A stretch of 63,859 nucleotides of DNA, filler included, from Chiloscyllium plagiosum (GCF_004010195.1; 3 parts of one record of this genome joined end to end with filler, not necessarily neighbours in it), one strand, 5' to 3'; shown: positions 27,993 through 41,100, counted from the first letter of the whole stretch. Notes: generated by a model from the letters alone, not told the origin. Translations and numbers: made by a program.

Positions 27993-28213
27993 GAGAAAGT
28001 GAGGACTGCAGATGCTGGAGATCAGAGCTGACAAATGTGTTGCTGGAAAAGCGCAGCAGGTCAGGCAGCATCCAAGGAGCAGGAGAATCGATGTTTTGGG
28101 CATAAGCCCTTCTTCAGGAATGATTCCTGAAGAAGGGCTTATGCCCGAAACGTCGATTCTCCTGCTCCTTGGATGCTGCCTGACCTGCTGCGCTTTTCCA
28201 GCAACACATTTTT
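27993..28213. mobile_element. Penelope-derived fold-back mini-element with 16-bp TSD and hammerhead motifs on both strands
   Basis: ~90-bp arms centred on 28122. CAGAAAAAATGTTTAG at 27977-27992 and 28214-28229. Confidence 0.88.
28123..28158 (+). ncRNA. Minimal type I hammerhead ribozyme motif (Penelope pLTR)
   Basis: CTGAAGA-A-GGGC-TTAT-GCCC-GAAA-CG-TC. Helix III is reduced to palindromic ACGT and helix I pairing is weak. Confidence 0.65.
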
Positions 28214-29109
28214 CAGAAAAAATGTTTAGACTGATAGCGATAAATCTGCAATGTATTTGGATTCCAGTAGCCCAATCCTTTTCACCCATTGCTTTTCTTC
28301 AGGGAATTATATGAGTGGCTGCTGAACATCTTTGAAGAGGTGAAAGCAACCTCAGAGGTTGAGAAGGATTAAAGCATTTTACTTAAGCATTTCGAACAAT
28401 TTGCTCCAAACATTTATTTTAAAAGCAGGTTCTCAAATTTAATTGGTATTTTATCTTTAAGGCCATGGTACAAATAGAATAGCCAATGTAAGTGTACAAT
28501 TATGTGTTACTGCACAAAGTGGAGACACTTGAGATAGTAGATTTTCCTTCCTTACGTTCAATTCCATGGTCTTTCAAATCCCACCAGGTTCTCCATCTCT
28601 CCAACTGAAACTTCAGTAGAAGACCCACCATGAGGGATCTGTGCAAATGATCACTCTTTCGTCCGTTTCTCTAGGATTTTCATTGATCCCGTACCAAAGA
28701 TATAAGATCTGAAAAATCTAAACAGAGTTTGAGAGCTTTTTTATTTATAGTTCCTATTGTGATCTACCTCTAACTCAAACAAAAACTTATACTTTGTATT
28801 TACATTACCTGTTCAGAATTCAACATCAAATTTCCACAATGTTGCATTGAAATTTTGTTGAAATTATTTTAGAATACAGATATGAACAAAATATTATTGT
28901 AATCCAGTGCTTAGGCAGTAGGTTGTCACTTGTTTGTCCAATCTGTAACTTGTACCCTGAATCTGTAAGAATTAAAGATGAACCATGAGGCATGGTTGTT
29001 AGCAAGATGGAGAATAACCTAATACAGTATGTAAACAGTACCATCTTGTCCTGGACTGACCTAGCAGAGGAACTTTTAACATCTACCTTGCCAAGACCTT
29101 TCAGAATAT

Positions 29110-29585
29110 TAGTGCTGAAAATGTGTTGCTGAAAAAGCGCAACAGGTCAGGAAGCATCCAGGGAACAGAAGAATCGATGTTTCGGGCATTAGCCCTTCTT
29201 CAGGAATGAGGAAAGTTTGTCCAGCAGGCTAAGATAAAACGTAGGGAGGAGGGACTTGGGGGAGGGGCGTCGGAAATGTGATAGGTGGAAAGAGGTCAAG
29301 GTGATGGTGATAGGTCAGACTGGGGTGGTGGCGGAGAGGTCGGGAAGAAGATTGCAGGTTAGGAAGGCGGTGCTGAATTCGATGGATTTGACTGAGACAA
29401 GGTGGGGCGAGGGGAAATGAGGAAACTGGTGAAATCTGAGTTCATCCCTAGTGGTTGGAGGGTTCCTAGGCGGAAGATGAGGCGCTCTTCCTCCAACCGT
29501 AGTTTGGTCTGGCGATGGAGGAGTCCAAAGACCTGCATATCCTTGGTGAAGTGGGAGGGGGAGTTGAAGTGTTGAGCCACGGGGT
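29110..29585 (-). mobile_element. Penelope-like element 3' end (GIY-YIG endonuclease C-terminus plus pLTR)
   Basis: ORF 29359..29580 AQHFNSPSH..RLEEERLIFRLGTLQPLGMN; the pLTR has a hammerhead motif. Confidence 0.88.
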
Positions 29586-29685
29586 NNNNNNNNNNNNNNN
29601 NNNNNNNNNNNNNNNNNNNNNNNNNNNNNTTAATTAATTAANNNNNNNNNNNNNNNNNNNNNNNNNNNNNNNNNNNNNNNNNNNN
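29586..29685. other. Assembly gap spacer N44-TTAATTAATTAA-N44
   Basis: Exactly 100 nt with a six-frame stop linker; identical to 58385-58484. Confidence 0.97.
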
Positions 29686-30622
29686 GGCATGAGCAGGGGT
29701 AGTGTTCCCCTCGGGGTTATGGGGGGTGGGGATGGGGATAGTGACAGTGGGGGGGCGTGTCAGCAGAATGCAGGTGAGTGGCGCTGGTGGCGGCAGAAGT
29801 GGTGGCAGACACGGCAGTAGGGGTGGCGGATGTCACTGAGCATGTGGCATCGGCGATGATGTGAGGGCCGGAAGTGGCTGTGGGAGTGGCCATGATGGGG
29901 GCAGAAGTGACATCATCAATCAGCGTGGGGGTGGTAGCTGCATCAGCCACGTGGCTAATGGCATTTCCAAGGCCAGGGGAATCTTCTGGAATGTTTGAGG
30001 AGCGCTGGTTATGGAGGTGGGTGGATAAAAGTTTGTTGTACTTAGTTTTTGATTTTGAGATGGAATTGAAATACTGTTTGTTGAGAGTATGAATTCTCCT
30101 GAGGATGTAGTACAGAGTGGGTCCTTTGCAATTCTGAGAGAGTGTAGCCCTCAGCTGAGGCAGGGCAGACTGTAGAGAGGTTAGGTGCTGGCGCATTGCT
30201 GCGAGCATGGAACGGAGGATCTTGAAGGAGAACTGTTGCTGGGGTTTTTGAATTTGTAGTCTGTACTGTTTGTCCTGTTCTGGTCCGAACGCTGCCGGTT
30301 TAAAGGTGGTCCGGAGTCCGTGTGGGATGAGTTGGTTCCGGAGGCAGGCACTGAGGAAGCAAATGTGGCTGTGGTAGCGAGTTTGTTTCACAACATGGTT
30401 GAAGAGCTTCAGGGCTGAGGGAATGACCTGGGAGTTGCAGTGAGAGAGGGACTCCCTGAGATTCTTGTAGAGAGAGGAGGAAAACTTCTTGAAGGCAGGC
30501 ATCCTTGCAAGAGGATTCGCAGTAGGGTTAAAATCAACTAGGTAAAAACAATGACTGCAGATGCTGGAAACCAGATTCTGGATCAATGGTGCTGGAAGAG
30601 CACAGCAGTTCAGGCAGCATCG
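29686..30622 (-). mobile_element. Penelope-like element 5' part (pLTR plus N-terminal ORF region)
   Basis: ORF 29717..30586 (HICFLSACLRNQLIPHGL..) begins within the pLTR at 30540-30622. Confidence 0.8.
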
Positions 30623-33059
30623 AGGTCATGCCTATCTAGAATCATTGTTTTTTCATTTACCAGAGAGACTCCTGGCCCTCTGGGTAGAGCATGCCTCCTC
30701 CTCCATACCTTCTGAAAATGAGGTGACCAATGCAGGATCAGACAGACTTTGACCCTGTGCTTTCCCATAATGCACCATTCCTGTGCACCTTTCCCAGGTC
30801 AGAATCAGACTTCAACTGATTTCCAGAACATGATTCAGCTGCAACATCTCTCCAATTAAAGACACAGTCTGGCTTTAAACGATGCAGGCCAGCTTTAACA
30901 GGTGATTGCCTTGGACACATTCAGAATTCAGCTGTGGTGTGCAGCCATTCATTAGCACAGGAGGTGTTGGCTGTACATTGTGTTCATGAGAATAAGCAGG
31001 CAGCATGCTTGGAACCAGCCCAGTTCATCACAATACCCACACCTATCAACCTTTGCAGCTTGCACTTTAACATTTCTCCAGGTGAATTTGAGAAGCAGTA
31101 ATCAATCCCAGAAACTTGATATTAGTGGATATTATATACGTATCAATTTTAAAAATACTCAAATCCCTACAGTCACTGCACCCCCAAACTAGCAATTCAA
31201 AGATAGGGCATTTTCTCTGCTCAGCAAGTACAGCGATGATTGTTTCATACAGAGTAACTTAGTGTCTATTTTATAGGCTTGTAACTTTCTGCATTCGTGG
31301 TTAGAAATATGAACAAAAGCACATGTTATCAATACCCAAAATGGTTCTTTACCGCTGGAGCATCTTGCATCCAAGGAAATAGTATGTAGGAAAACAGCAA
31401 TGGCAAAGAATAAAGCAACCAAAACAACAGTGATTTTGTAATCATTTTAAACCTGCCTGGCTAGCCAGCCAATCATGCCAGTGGAAAGGCAGATCTGTTC
31501 AGAGATCTAGGTATAATTACCATGCTAGTATTTGACTAAGGACATCAAATAGATACCGGACTGCAGTTCACTGGTTCAGGTAGCCTGGAGACTAGTCCAA
31601 CCAGCGGAAAGTATATAGTTTCAGAGTCATTCTTCAATCAGCCCATATGTAGCTGTCTCAGACTAACAGAGGATACTAACATTAAATAGCTGTCAGGTTG
31701 CCACTTGGCATTGGAAAAGTTAATCTACAGCATACTTAAAATTTTAAGAAAATATTCGTCCAGCACCTGACACATAAAATTGCTGCATTTCCCCATACTA
31801 ATGCATCTCACTTGATGAGTCTAGACAAAACCAGCTATGTTCTCCAGAGGTAACTACGGTACTGGGTGATAAAGGATTACCTGCTTGAAGTTTACATGAT
31901 GAGGTGACCTCGGTCTAAATGGTGGTAAAAGTTCTACAGCTCCCCTCTGTGGCCTTGTACTGGGGAAGGAAACAAGATAAGCTGATGTTCCATTCCTAAT
32001 TGCTATCGACTGCCACTTACAGTAAGCTTCATGTGATTGGACATCAGATGTGGGAGATACAGGCTCAGCTATGGTGTCACCGGGGTCAAAAACCTGCTCA
32101 AACAGGCAGTAAAGTACATTTTCTTAGTCAGAGAAATTGCTTAAATTAAACGTTCAATGTTGATATTTGATTTAAAAGTATTGATGTTGAGTTATAACAA
32201 AGCCACTATGTTCTGCTCAGTTATTACCTAAAATGAGTTAATTCACAACTTCATATTCCTTATCAATCAATTATTCCATAAGTCTAAAAAAAAACACCTC
32301 TTGCAATGATTTGACACAAACGTATCTAACCAACCTCATTGAAACAATCTGGAATATTTGCTCTCAGTAGGAACACAATCTGCTCAGTGATTAAAGCCTA
32401 TTTGATGCATTAAATTTACTACAATATAACCATCTTGTTAAGCCTTAAAAAAGTGTTCAGTTTTACCATCATTAAATTCAGAAAAGAATTAACTGTGGAA
32501 ATGTTCAAGGACCGGCATGTGCTTGTGTCTGGGAAAACAAAGCTTCAAGAGCAGAACAAATCAGACAGCACAACCATAGAGGTTCACAAACATGACTCTC
32601 GGAAATAGATCTGATATTACACTATTTGATGTAGCATAATAGGAGTGCTAAACTTTTCCTTTTACACCAGCTCTCTTCACTATATATTCTTAGCTTTTTC
32701 CTTTCTCCAGCTTTCTGTTTTAACCCAACTTTGGGACTAAATTCAATTACTGTATTGAAACAAGAAAAAGAAATTGCTGGACATTACTGCATAGAAAAAA
32801 AAAACATGCTACAATTTTAAAAACACTCATGGATGGGAAAACAGTAATTTTAAATTTAATCCAGACAATGGTCTGAAATATAAAGAGAAAATTGGAGAAA
32901 CTTAGCAGGTCTGGCACAACTAGAGAAAATTGAAACAGATATTCTTCAGTTTTTAAAAAAAAAATTCATCTTGAACTTGAAGCATTATCGCTGTTTCTTT
33001 GCTTTGAATTTACCAAATTCATTAAATTTGGGGAAAGTACTTTTAGGTTGGAAAATAAC

Positions 33060-34900
33060 TAATGTAACTCCTTTATTCAAAAAAAAAAGGGAGGGAGACA
33101 GAAAGCAGAAAATGACAGGCCGGTTGGGTTAACATCTGTCAGTGCAAAAATATTAGAAGCTAGAATTAAAGATGTTATTACAGGGCACTTCGATATGTCC
33201 AAGGTAATCAGGCAGAGCCAACATGGTTTGGAATGGTATATGAATTGAAAGGAGTTAGAGGGACATGGGCCAAATGCAGGCAAATAGGACCAAATCAGAT
33301 GATATGTCCAGTCAGCACAGACAAGTTGGACCGAAGGGTTTGTGCTGTATATCAGAAGGAAATCCCGTTTAACCAAATTTTTGAAATTTTTTGAAGCAGT
33401 AACTTGCGCGATGGATGGGGAGCCAGGGGATGCATTGCACTGCAAGCTCAAAAAGGTATTTAATAATGTGCTACACCAAAGGGTACAGAGAAGAGTCATA
33501 GCATTCAATGCTATGGGCCTAGTGCAGGAAAGTGGGACTAATGTAGGCAGTAGTATGCCTTTGGCAGTGAAGACTTGATGGGCTAAAGAGCCGCAGTGTT
33601 GGGATGAAATATTGCATGATAGAAGATTGGCTGGCTAACAGGAAGCAGATAGAAGGAATAAACTGGTTTTTATGAGGCTGACAGGATGTGGCAGGTATAG
33701 TGCCCAGAGGGTTTGATGCTGGGGATTCAACTCTTTATAATTTATCTAAATGACTTGGATGAAGGGTTCAGAAGCATGGGAACTAAATTTGCTGAGGAGA
33801 AAGAAACAGGAAATGAGTTGTAATGTGCACAGAGAGATAGATTCAGTGACTGGGCAAAAACCTGGCAAATGGAATATATTGTGGAAAAGCGTGAAATTGT
33901 TCATTTTGGCAGAAAGACTAAAAAAAAGCATAGCACCTCCATGGTGAGACCTTTGAAACACAAAGCAATCTGGGTGTCCCGAGGTATGAATTTCAGAAGG
34001 TTAGAATGCAGGTACAGCAAATAATCAGGAAAGCTAATAGAACGTCATGTTTTATTACAAGGGGAAATTAATGCAAGAGGAGGGAGGTTTGCTTCAGTTA
34101 TACAGGGTATTGGTAAGACCATATTTGGAGTAAGGTGTATAGTAGTGATCACCATACTTACAGAAAGATGTTAATGTATTGGAAGCAGTTCAGAAAAGAT
34201 GTATTAGATTAACACGTGGATTGAGGAAAGACTAGGCAGGCTCGGCCTGTATCCTCTGGAGTTTTTAGAAGAGTCAGAGGTTATTTCATTGAAACCTATA
34301 AGATACTCAGGGGTCTTGAGGTGGATTGAGAAAGGATGGTTCCTCTTGTGGAAGAATCTAAACTTGCGGGTCATAGTTTGAAAATAAGGGGGCACCAATT
34401 TAAGGTACAGATGAGGATAAAACATTTTCTCAGAGTTGAGTGTCTCTGGAATTCCATTCCTCAATGGATGGGTATATGAATAGGAAGGGTTTGGAGGGAT
34501 ATGGGCCGGGTGCTGGCAGGTGTTGAGAAAGGATGGTTCCTCTTGTGGAAGAATCTAAACTTGGGGGTCATAGTTTGAAAATAAGGGGGCACCAATTTAA
34601 GGTACAGATGAGGATAAAACATTTTCTCAAGAGTTGAGTGTCTCTGGAATTCCATTCCTCAATGGATGGGTATATGAATAGGAAGGGTTTGGAGGGATAT
34701 GGGCCGGGTGCTGGCAGGTGGGACTAGATTGGGTTGGGATATCTGGTCGGCATGGACGAGTTGGACCGTAGGGTCTGTTTCTGTGGCTGTACATCTCTAT
34801 GACTCTATGACCTTTGGATCTTTAAATATTTTTTAAACCAGTGGTAAATAAATTTCTGATCACCACTATGGAGATGAAAGATTATTGGGGAAGTGGGTCT
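33060..34900 (+). mobile_element. Degenerate CR1 LINE with nested younger CR1 3' ends
   Basis: RT traces (SQHG, LTKFLKFFE, KKVFNNVLH). Younger inserts at ~33230-33350 and 34464-34810. Confidence 0.8.
34326..34720. repeat. 197-bp tandem duplication
   Basis: 34326-34522 versus 34523-34720; one substitution and one 1-nt indel seen. Confidence 0.93.
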
Positions 34901-35089
34901 GCAACATCCTGGTCAGTGTTTGTATAACAAATCTGAAGCAATCAAGTTGATCACATTTTACATCCTGCCCAATTTCCCTACCCTTTGAATTCAACAAGTG
35001 GCATCAATCCCCCACCATGTATATTTGATTAATCATTTATTGACCCAAGGATTATACTTAGATTAATACTGAATCAACAATGGGCTCAC

Positions 35090-35191
35090 CTCTTGGTTGC
35101 TTGCTGGGATATATCCTGGGAAATGATTTATACTCATCTGGAGATGGAAGGTCTTCAACTGAATGGAAATTATACTTGGACTCAAAGTCAT
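35090..35191 (-). CDS. WIPF3: WIPF3 exon (102 nt), WASP/N-WASP WH1(EVH1)-binding domain
   Basis: Acceptor TTTTCACAG|AT, donor AGAG|GTGAG. Translates DDFESKYNFHSVEDLPSPDEYKSFPRIYPSKQPR. Confidence 0.93.
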
Positions 35192-38100
35192 CTGTGAAAA
35201 ACAAAAAATTAAACAAATCAAAACCAAATAAGAAACAAGCCAATTTTTAGTTCACTGGTGATTTTTTTCAGATAACACTTGAATTAGAATACAGTTTCCA
35301 TTAGCATGAAGTTCATATTCTGCTAAAAGGTTTCAGGGTTGAATTTCCACTTTGTTTGATGAAGCAGTAAGTGATTTGGAAAACCTGAGGTGTGGAAAAT
35401 CAAATCAATATCTGTTTACTGTTGACTAGGAAGTAGTGTTTAAGTGGGTAGCACTGTTGTCTCCAGGCCAGAAGCCCCCATTCAAGTCTTACTCAAGAAC
35501 TCACGGATCAAAAATGGTGCATTCCTCACACACCCAAAAGGTTCACTAATAATGCAACAGATCGCCAAGGGTAAATGTTAAGAACAGAAGAGATCCTTTA
35601 GCAACTGAAGCTCCTTTTGGGAGTTGGGGAAAGAGAATTCCAATATCTGCAATATTATGCTTTTGTGCGCTTTACTTCCAATTTTCTGCAGTCAGCTGAA
35701 TAGCATTTCATAAGAGATGTAGAAAGCTGAAAAGAAGAGGAAACCTAAAGTTCAGGCATTAATTTGTTGCAATTAAAAAATAATGTGACAAAGCAGCCTA
35801 GTAGCCACTGTTTCATGTGATGAGTGCTATATGACATTCCTTTATTCACTCAAAATTACAGGTCAGAACTGCATCACGATCATTAGCTGTGGATTTTCTT
35901 TTCATTCAGTGACTGTGGGTTTCGCAGTATTGTTTCCCATCAGTAATTGCCTTTGGAGTAGTCATGGTGAGTTGCCTTCTTGAACCACTGCAGTCCTTGG
36001 GATGTAGCAACATGTAATGAAGTTGAAAGTGTGTAGTGTACCTTTGAGAGAGAGTGAATGCTGTTTTGCACTGAGAGCTTACAAGCGCCTGTCATAACTA
36101 GCTAGCAGTCTCAGTGTACTGGAAAATTGAAAATATTAACAGTTAGCTGTGAAACAGATCTCACAGTTGATTGCTATTTTGATAACAATTGAAATTTAAC
36201 CTGTTTAAATTATATCCCAAGTTGCTAAAAAACAATCTATTTTGATTTTATGGTTTCTGCCAACCTCAAAGCAATGAGACGATCTGATGTTTGGGATAGA
36301 AAGCTGCAGGCATTTTGAAAGTTAGACAGAGTAAACGGCCACTCAAAACACACTATCAAAAGGTACCTTTTCCATATGAAACTTCTTTGCAGTAAAAGAC
36401 AAGACAACCCAGGGAGATAGTCAGCCGACAGGAGGAGGACACCATAGATGACAGCCTCTGTGTGGCTTTGAAATTAGGTTGATTTAATTTTAACATGAGG
36501 TTTTGTTAGAACAATATATTGTTATAGAGTTGGAGGCAGTTAACAAATATCTGCCGTGGGCAGCACGGTGGCACAGTGGTTGGCACTGCTGCCTCACAGC
36601 GCCAGAGACCTGGGTTCAATTCCCGCCTCAGGCGACTGACTGTGTGGAGTTTGCACATTCTCCCAGTGTCTGCGTGGGTTTCCTCCGGGTGCTCCGGTTT
36701 CCTCCCACAGTCCAAAAATGTGCAGGTTAGGTGAATTGGCCATGCTAAATTGCCCGTAGAGTGAGGTGAAGGGGTAAATGTAGGGGAATGGGTCTGGGTG
36801 GGTTGCGGGTCGGTGTGGACTTGATGGGCTGAAGGGCCTGTTTCCACACTAAGTAATCTAATCTAATCTAATTTAAAACAGAGGCTGCTTAAGAGTTGTA
36901 AATAGTTGTTGTTTAATGCTCACTTTTAGTGTTAAAGAATAAATTGATTTTTTTTCTTTAAATAGTAGAATTTAGGAGTTCTGTCATCCATACTTTAAAC
37001 AGATTACTAGAAGTGAGCTTTTCGGGATGTTTGATTTAATTAGCAGGAGGGTTCACCCCGCTGTATCGTAACACATGCATGGTGCTGTTTGGAAGGGATT
37101 TCCTGGTTTTTGACCCAGTGACAATGAAGGATCAGCAACATTGTTCCAAGTCAGGATGAGGTGTATCTTCAGCCATTCCTCAATATATTATAAAGCAAAC
37201 TGAAATCAGTTGAAGTAAAAATAATGACTGCAGATGCTGGAAACCAGATTCTAGATTAGTGGTGCTGGAAGAGCACAGCAGTTGAAGACTGACATCTGTG
37301 ATGCTTAGGACCTCAAGAGGAGGCCATGATGGAACATCCACTTGGCTCTTCAGACCAAAGATAGATGTATATACTTCAGCTTGTCTTCTGTATTGATGTG
37401 CTCAACTCCTCCAATGTTGAGAATGGGGATATTTGTGGAGACTTCACTTCCTGCTAGTTGTTTAACTGTCCATGACAATTCATAACTGGATGCAGCAGAC
37501 GTAAAACACATGTAACAATGGAAAGGAAATGGCCAGTTCTCCAAGATCAGGTTTTCCAGTTTTATTTTCAGCTGCAGCAGTGGAAGCTGTTTGGGTGCCA
37601 GAAGAGTTGGAGCTTCAGTAAATGATTTCTTACGGACTTTCTCTGAATGTCTCTTGATGTTGAGTGGGATGTAAGAATCTGTGTCTAAATTTACCTTTTT
37701 GCCCAGGGGTGTGTTTATGGGGTGTTGCTGTATTGGAACAGTAAGTTAATAATAGTTACTGCATCTATTATTTTGTTATTCTAAATTCCTTCCTTTTGTT
37801 TGTATTTTAATTATAGTATCTAACTAAATTGTTTTGCTTAACGTCGAATGGTTTGACCAGTCACATCACATCTGGAACACCCACTTCACATCTACCTTTG
37901 AATTAAGAAAGGATTAGAGTGTAGGCTACCTTCTGAAAATAATTTGAAGGGTGTCTGGTCTGGTCCATAGCATCTTTCACTGAACTAAAGTTAATCTCCC
38001 AGCTTGATATGAAATGGTAGAATGATTAACGGTTCCACTGTTGGTGGCCCACAACACCTCATGCCATGTCCATTATTCAGTTGCTAGGTCTGTTCAAAAT

Positions 38101-41100
38101 TCATCCTATTTAGCACAGTCATAATGACCGGTATCCAGTGTGAAGACAGGACTTTGACTATGCAATGATAATGTAGTTATCACTTCTAATTTTTAAAAGA
38201 AAATTTAACATTTTTCAAATCAACATAAATTACATAACTCTGGAGCAGGTGGGACTTGAACCCAGGCCTCCTGGTCCAGGGATTGACACTTCCATTTTGC
38301 CATAAGAGCCCTTAGTAGTCACTTCTCCCAATATTCTCATGGACAGATGCACCTGCTGCAAGTAGATGAGGGAGTACAAGGTCAATTACATATTTCCTCC
38401 TGGTTGGTTATCTCGCCACTTGTTGCTGATGCAGTCCAGCAGCTATATCCTTTTGGACTTGACCAGCTCGATCAATAATAGTGTGAATATTATAGATCAC
38501 TCCCAGAGTACATTTTGTGCCATTTCCACCACAAGTTCTTCTTTTCATTGGTGTTCAACATAGAGAATAGTGATTCATCAACGGAGAGGGTGATGGGTGT
38601 TTAGATGATAATCAGCAAGAGACTTCCATCCCCATTTTCAGTCTGATAACAAGAGACCTAATGGGGTCTAGAGTCAATGTTCAGGACTTCCAGGGCATCT
38701 CCTTTTTGACTGCATACCACAGTGCCATCCATAGGCTTCCCATTTATCCTGACGGATGTACTCACTGATGGTAATTGTGGAGTCTCAGATGTTATATAAA
38801 TTCCACGAGTACAAGTGGATCAGGCTGTTGTTCTACTAGTCCGTGGGAGGAGTCTCCCAAATTTGGCACAAGATCTTAAATATTGGTAAGGAGTACTTTG
38901 AGGGCTGCGTTTGTGTATCTTTATTCATCCACAGGATGTGGGTATCACTGACGAGTTCAGCATTTATTGCCCATCCCTAATTGCAGAGAGGTCAGTTCAG
39001 AGTCAGCCACATTGCTGAGAGTCTGAGGTCTAGGCCAGACTAGGTAAGGATGGCAGCTTCCTTTCCTCAAAAGGAAATTAGTGAGCCAGAAGGGCTTTCC
39101 AACAATTTACAATGGATGAATGGTCATCATTAGACTCTTAATTCTAAATTTTGATCACTCAAATTCAAATTCCACCATCTGCTGTTGGAATTCGACCCGG
39201 TTCCCCAGAACAATATCTCAGTCTCAACAGTCCTGCAATAAAACCATTAAGCTACTGCCTCCCCTTGCCATTTCCAGTAGCCAAGCCGATGCCAGTGTTT
39301 GCTGTCCAGTTTCTTTCTTGTCATTAAACTTTGTAATCGTTTGATGCGACAGAGTGGCTTGCTTGGCCTTTTTCAGAGAACAGTTAAGAGTCAATCCCAT
39401 TGCTGTAGGTATTGGGAGGGGAGGGGTCAATGCTCCAAAACTTCCATAGGGTTTTGATATCTTGTATCATGTGTGTGCAGACAATCCAGAGATCACTGGC
39501 CAGAGATCATTGTTAACTTGGTTTGAAGGTAGGCCCATCCCTTCAGAGTCAAAAGGTGTTGGGTTAAATTTCACACCAGGGCTTGCTTAAATAATTGAAC
39601 CTGATATTCAATGCAGTACTGAGGGAAAGCTGCACTGTGAAAGGTCTTGTCTTTTAGATAGGTCATTAAAGCAAGACTCTTATCATGTGATTAGGTGGAT
39701 GTAAAATGGTCTGTAATTCTATTTGAAGAACAGCCAGATTTTTCCAGTATTCTGGTCAACATTTTCCCCTCAACCAATACCATAAAACAGATTATCTAGT
39801 CAACCTTCTTGTGACTATTTGTAATTATGATTTACTGAAATACTTAGGCCAGCCACAACTTAGGTTGGAAAGAGATTGTGATGGGAGGGGTAAGTTTATA
39901 CAGCAGTAAGTATGCTTCTTAAATAATCTTCCAGTTTTGAAGTGCTTTGTAATATTTTGAAGGAGGCAAATGCAAGTTCTTTAGAATATATTACATCTGT
40001 ATATATTTAATATCCATTTCAAACAAGCCTAACTTTTCTAAAGAAAAAAGCCTCCATTTAATATCTGGCACACCAGTATGGCTGGCAGGAAATGATATGC
40101 AGAACTTCCATATTAATAACTAGATGAAACAATTGCCTTTTGGAGGTGGACATTTGAACTACTGCTGATCTCATCCACCAGCAAGCACTCACCTTGACGT
40201 CAACCTTGGCACAGGATTATAGTGTATATGGTTTCAAGTTCCACTCCAAGTTAAATTTTTAGATTATTAAGCAAAAAGAAAGAATTTTAGTTTGAGGTTC
40301 AATTGAATTATGGACATCTTACACTTGCTTAAAGTCAAAACATTGTCTATAATTACCATAGATTGGTGACTGTGTAGTCAAAGCTCCTTGTCGAACTTTA
40401 AGTGGCAAAGGTGGTGGTGGTACTAGTGGTGCCGGTGGGGGTGGGGGAGGAACAGAGTGCAGCGATGTCCAGGTCAGGCCGGGTATATGCTGGCTTCTGC
40501 TTGTAAGTTCCGTACTGGATGACCTAACGGGTGGCAGTGGGGGTGGTGCTGGTTTCCCACCATTACTGTGTACTGAGAAACAAACAGAAACGATCAACAA
40601 ATATACACGATAAACACTTACTGCAGAATTGAAAATAGCTGTTACAGTTGCACAATCGTTGTGCATCAGTACAAGCACTAAAAAAAAACCAACTATCTGA
40701 ATAATTTTATTCAGAGATTTCATTTTCATTCCACAGATAAGTGATGGAAAAGCTGAAAGTGACTTAAAAATGAACACAGGAAGATAAGTTGGTGTTTCAT
40801 CTTGAAGAGCTCATTTTGCCATTCAATTAGACCAGCCCTCATAATGACAAACTATCAATTCAACTTGATTTTATAATGCTAAGTACACTTGCCTAACAAG
40901 GATTTAATAATCTTCGGTTTGAAATTTTGATTAAACGAGGCTCAGCACCCATATAAAACCCATTTACTAGCCTCTCGATATCTGTACGTGAACTCTGAAA
41001 TTTCTCTGCTCATTACAATTATAGGTAAAAACAATGACTGCAGATGCTGGAAACCAGATTCTGGATTAGTGGTGCTGGAAGAGCACAGCAGTTCAGGCAG

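Noticed and set aside
27900..28314. Overlapping sense/antisense ORFs with near-identical peptides (also 10448..10897 and 41019..41346)
   Set aside because: A consequence of palindromic Penelope inserts, not genes.
1..29100. Exons of a neighbouring gene such as SCRN1, which lies tail-to-tail with WIPF3 in human
   Set aside because: No recognisable secernin or other host-gene motifs with splice sites found by eye. Short exons could have been missed.
29630..29641. TTAATTAATTAA motif inside N runs (also 58429-58440)
   Set aside because: Identical symmetric 100-nt construct with stops in all six frames; an assembly or concatenation linker, not biology.
36557..36635. tRNA gene
   Set aside because: The A/B boxes belong to a SINE head that continues into the SINE core and tail.
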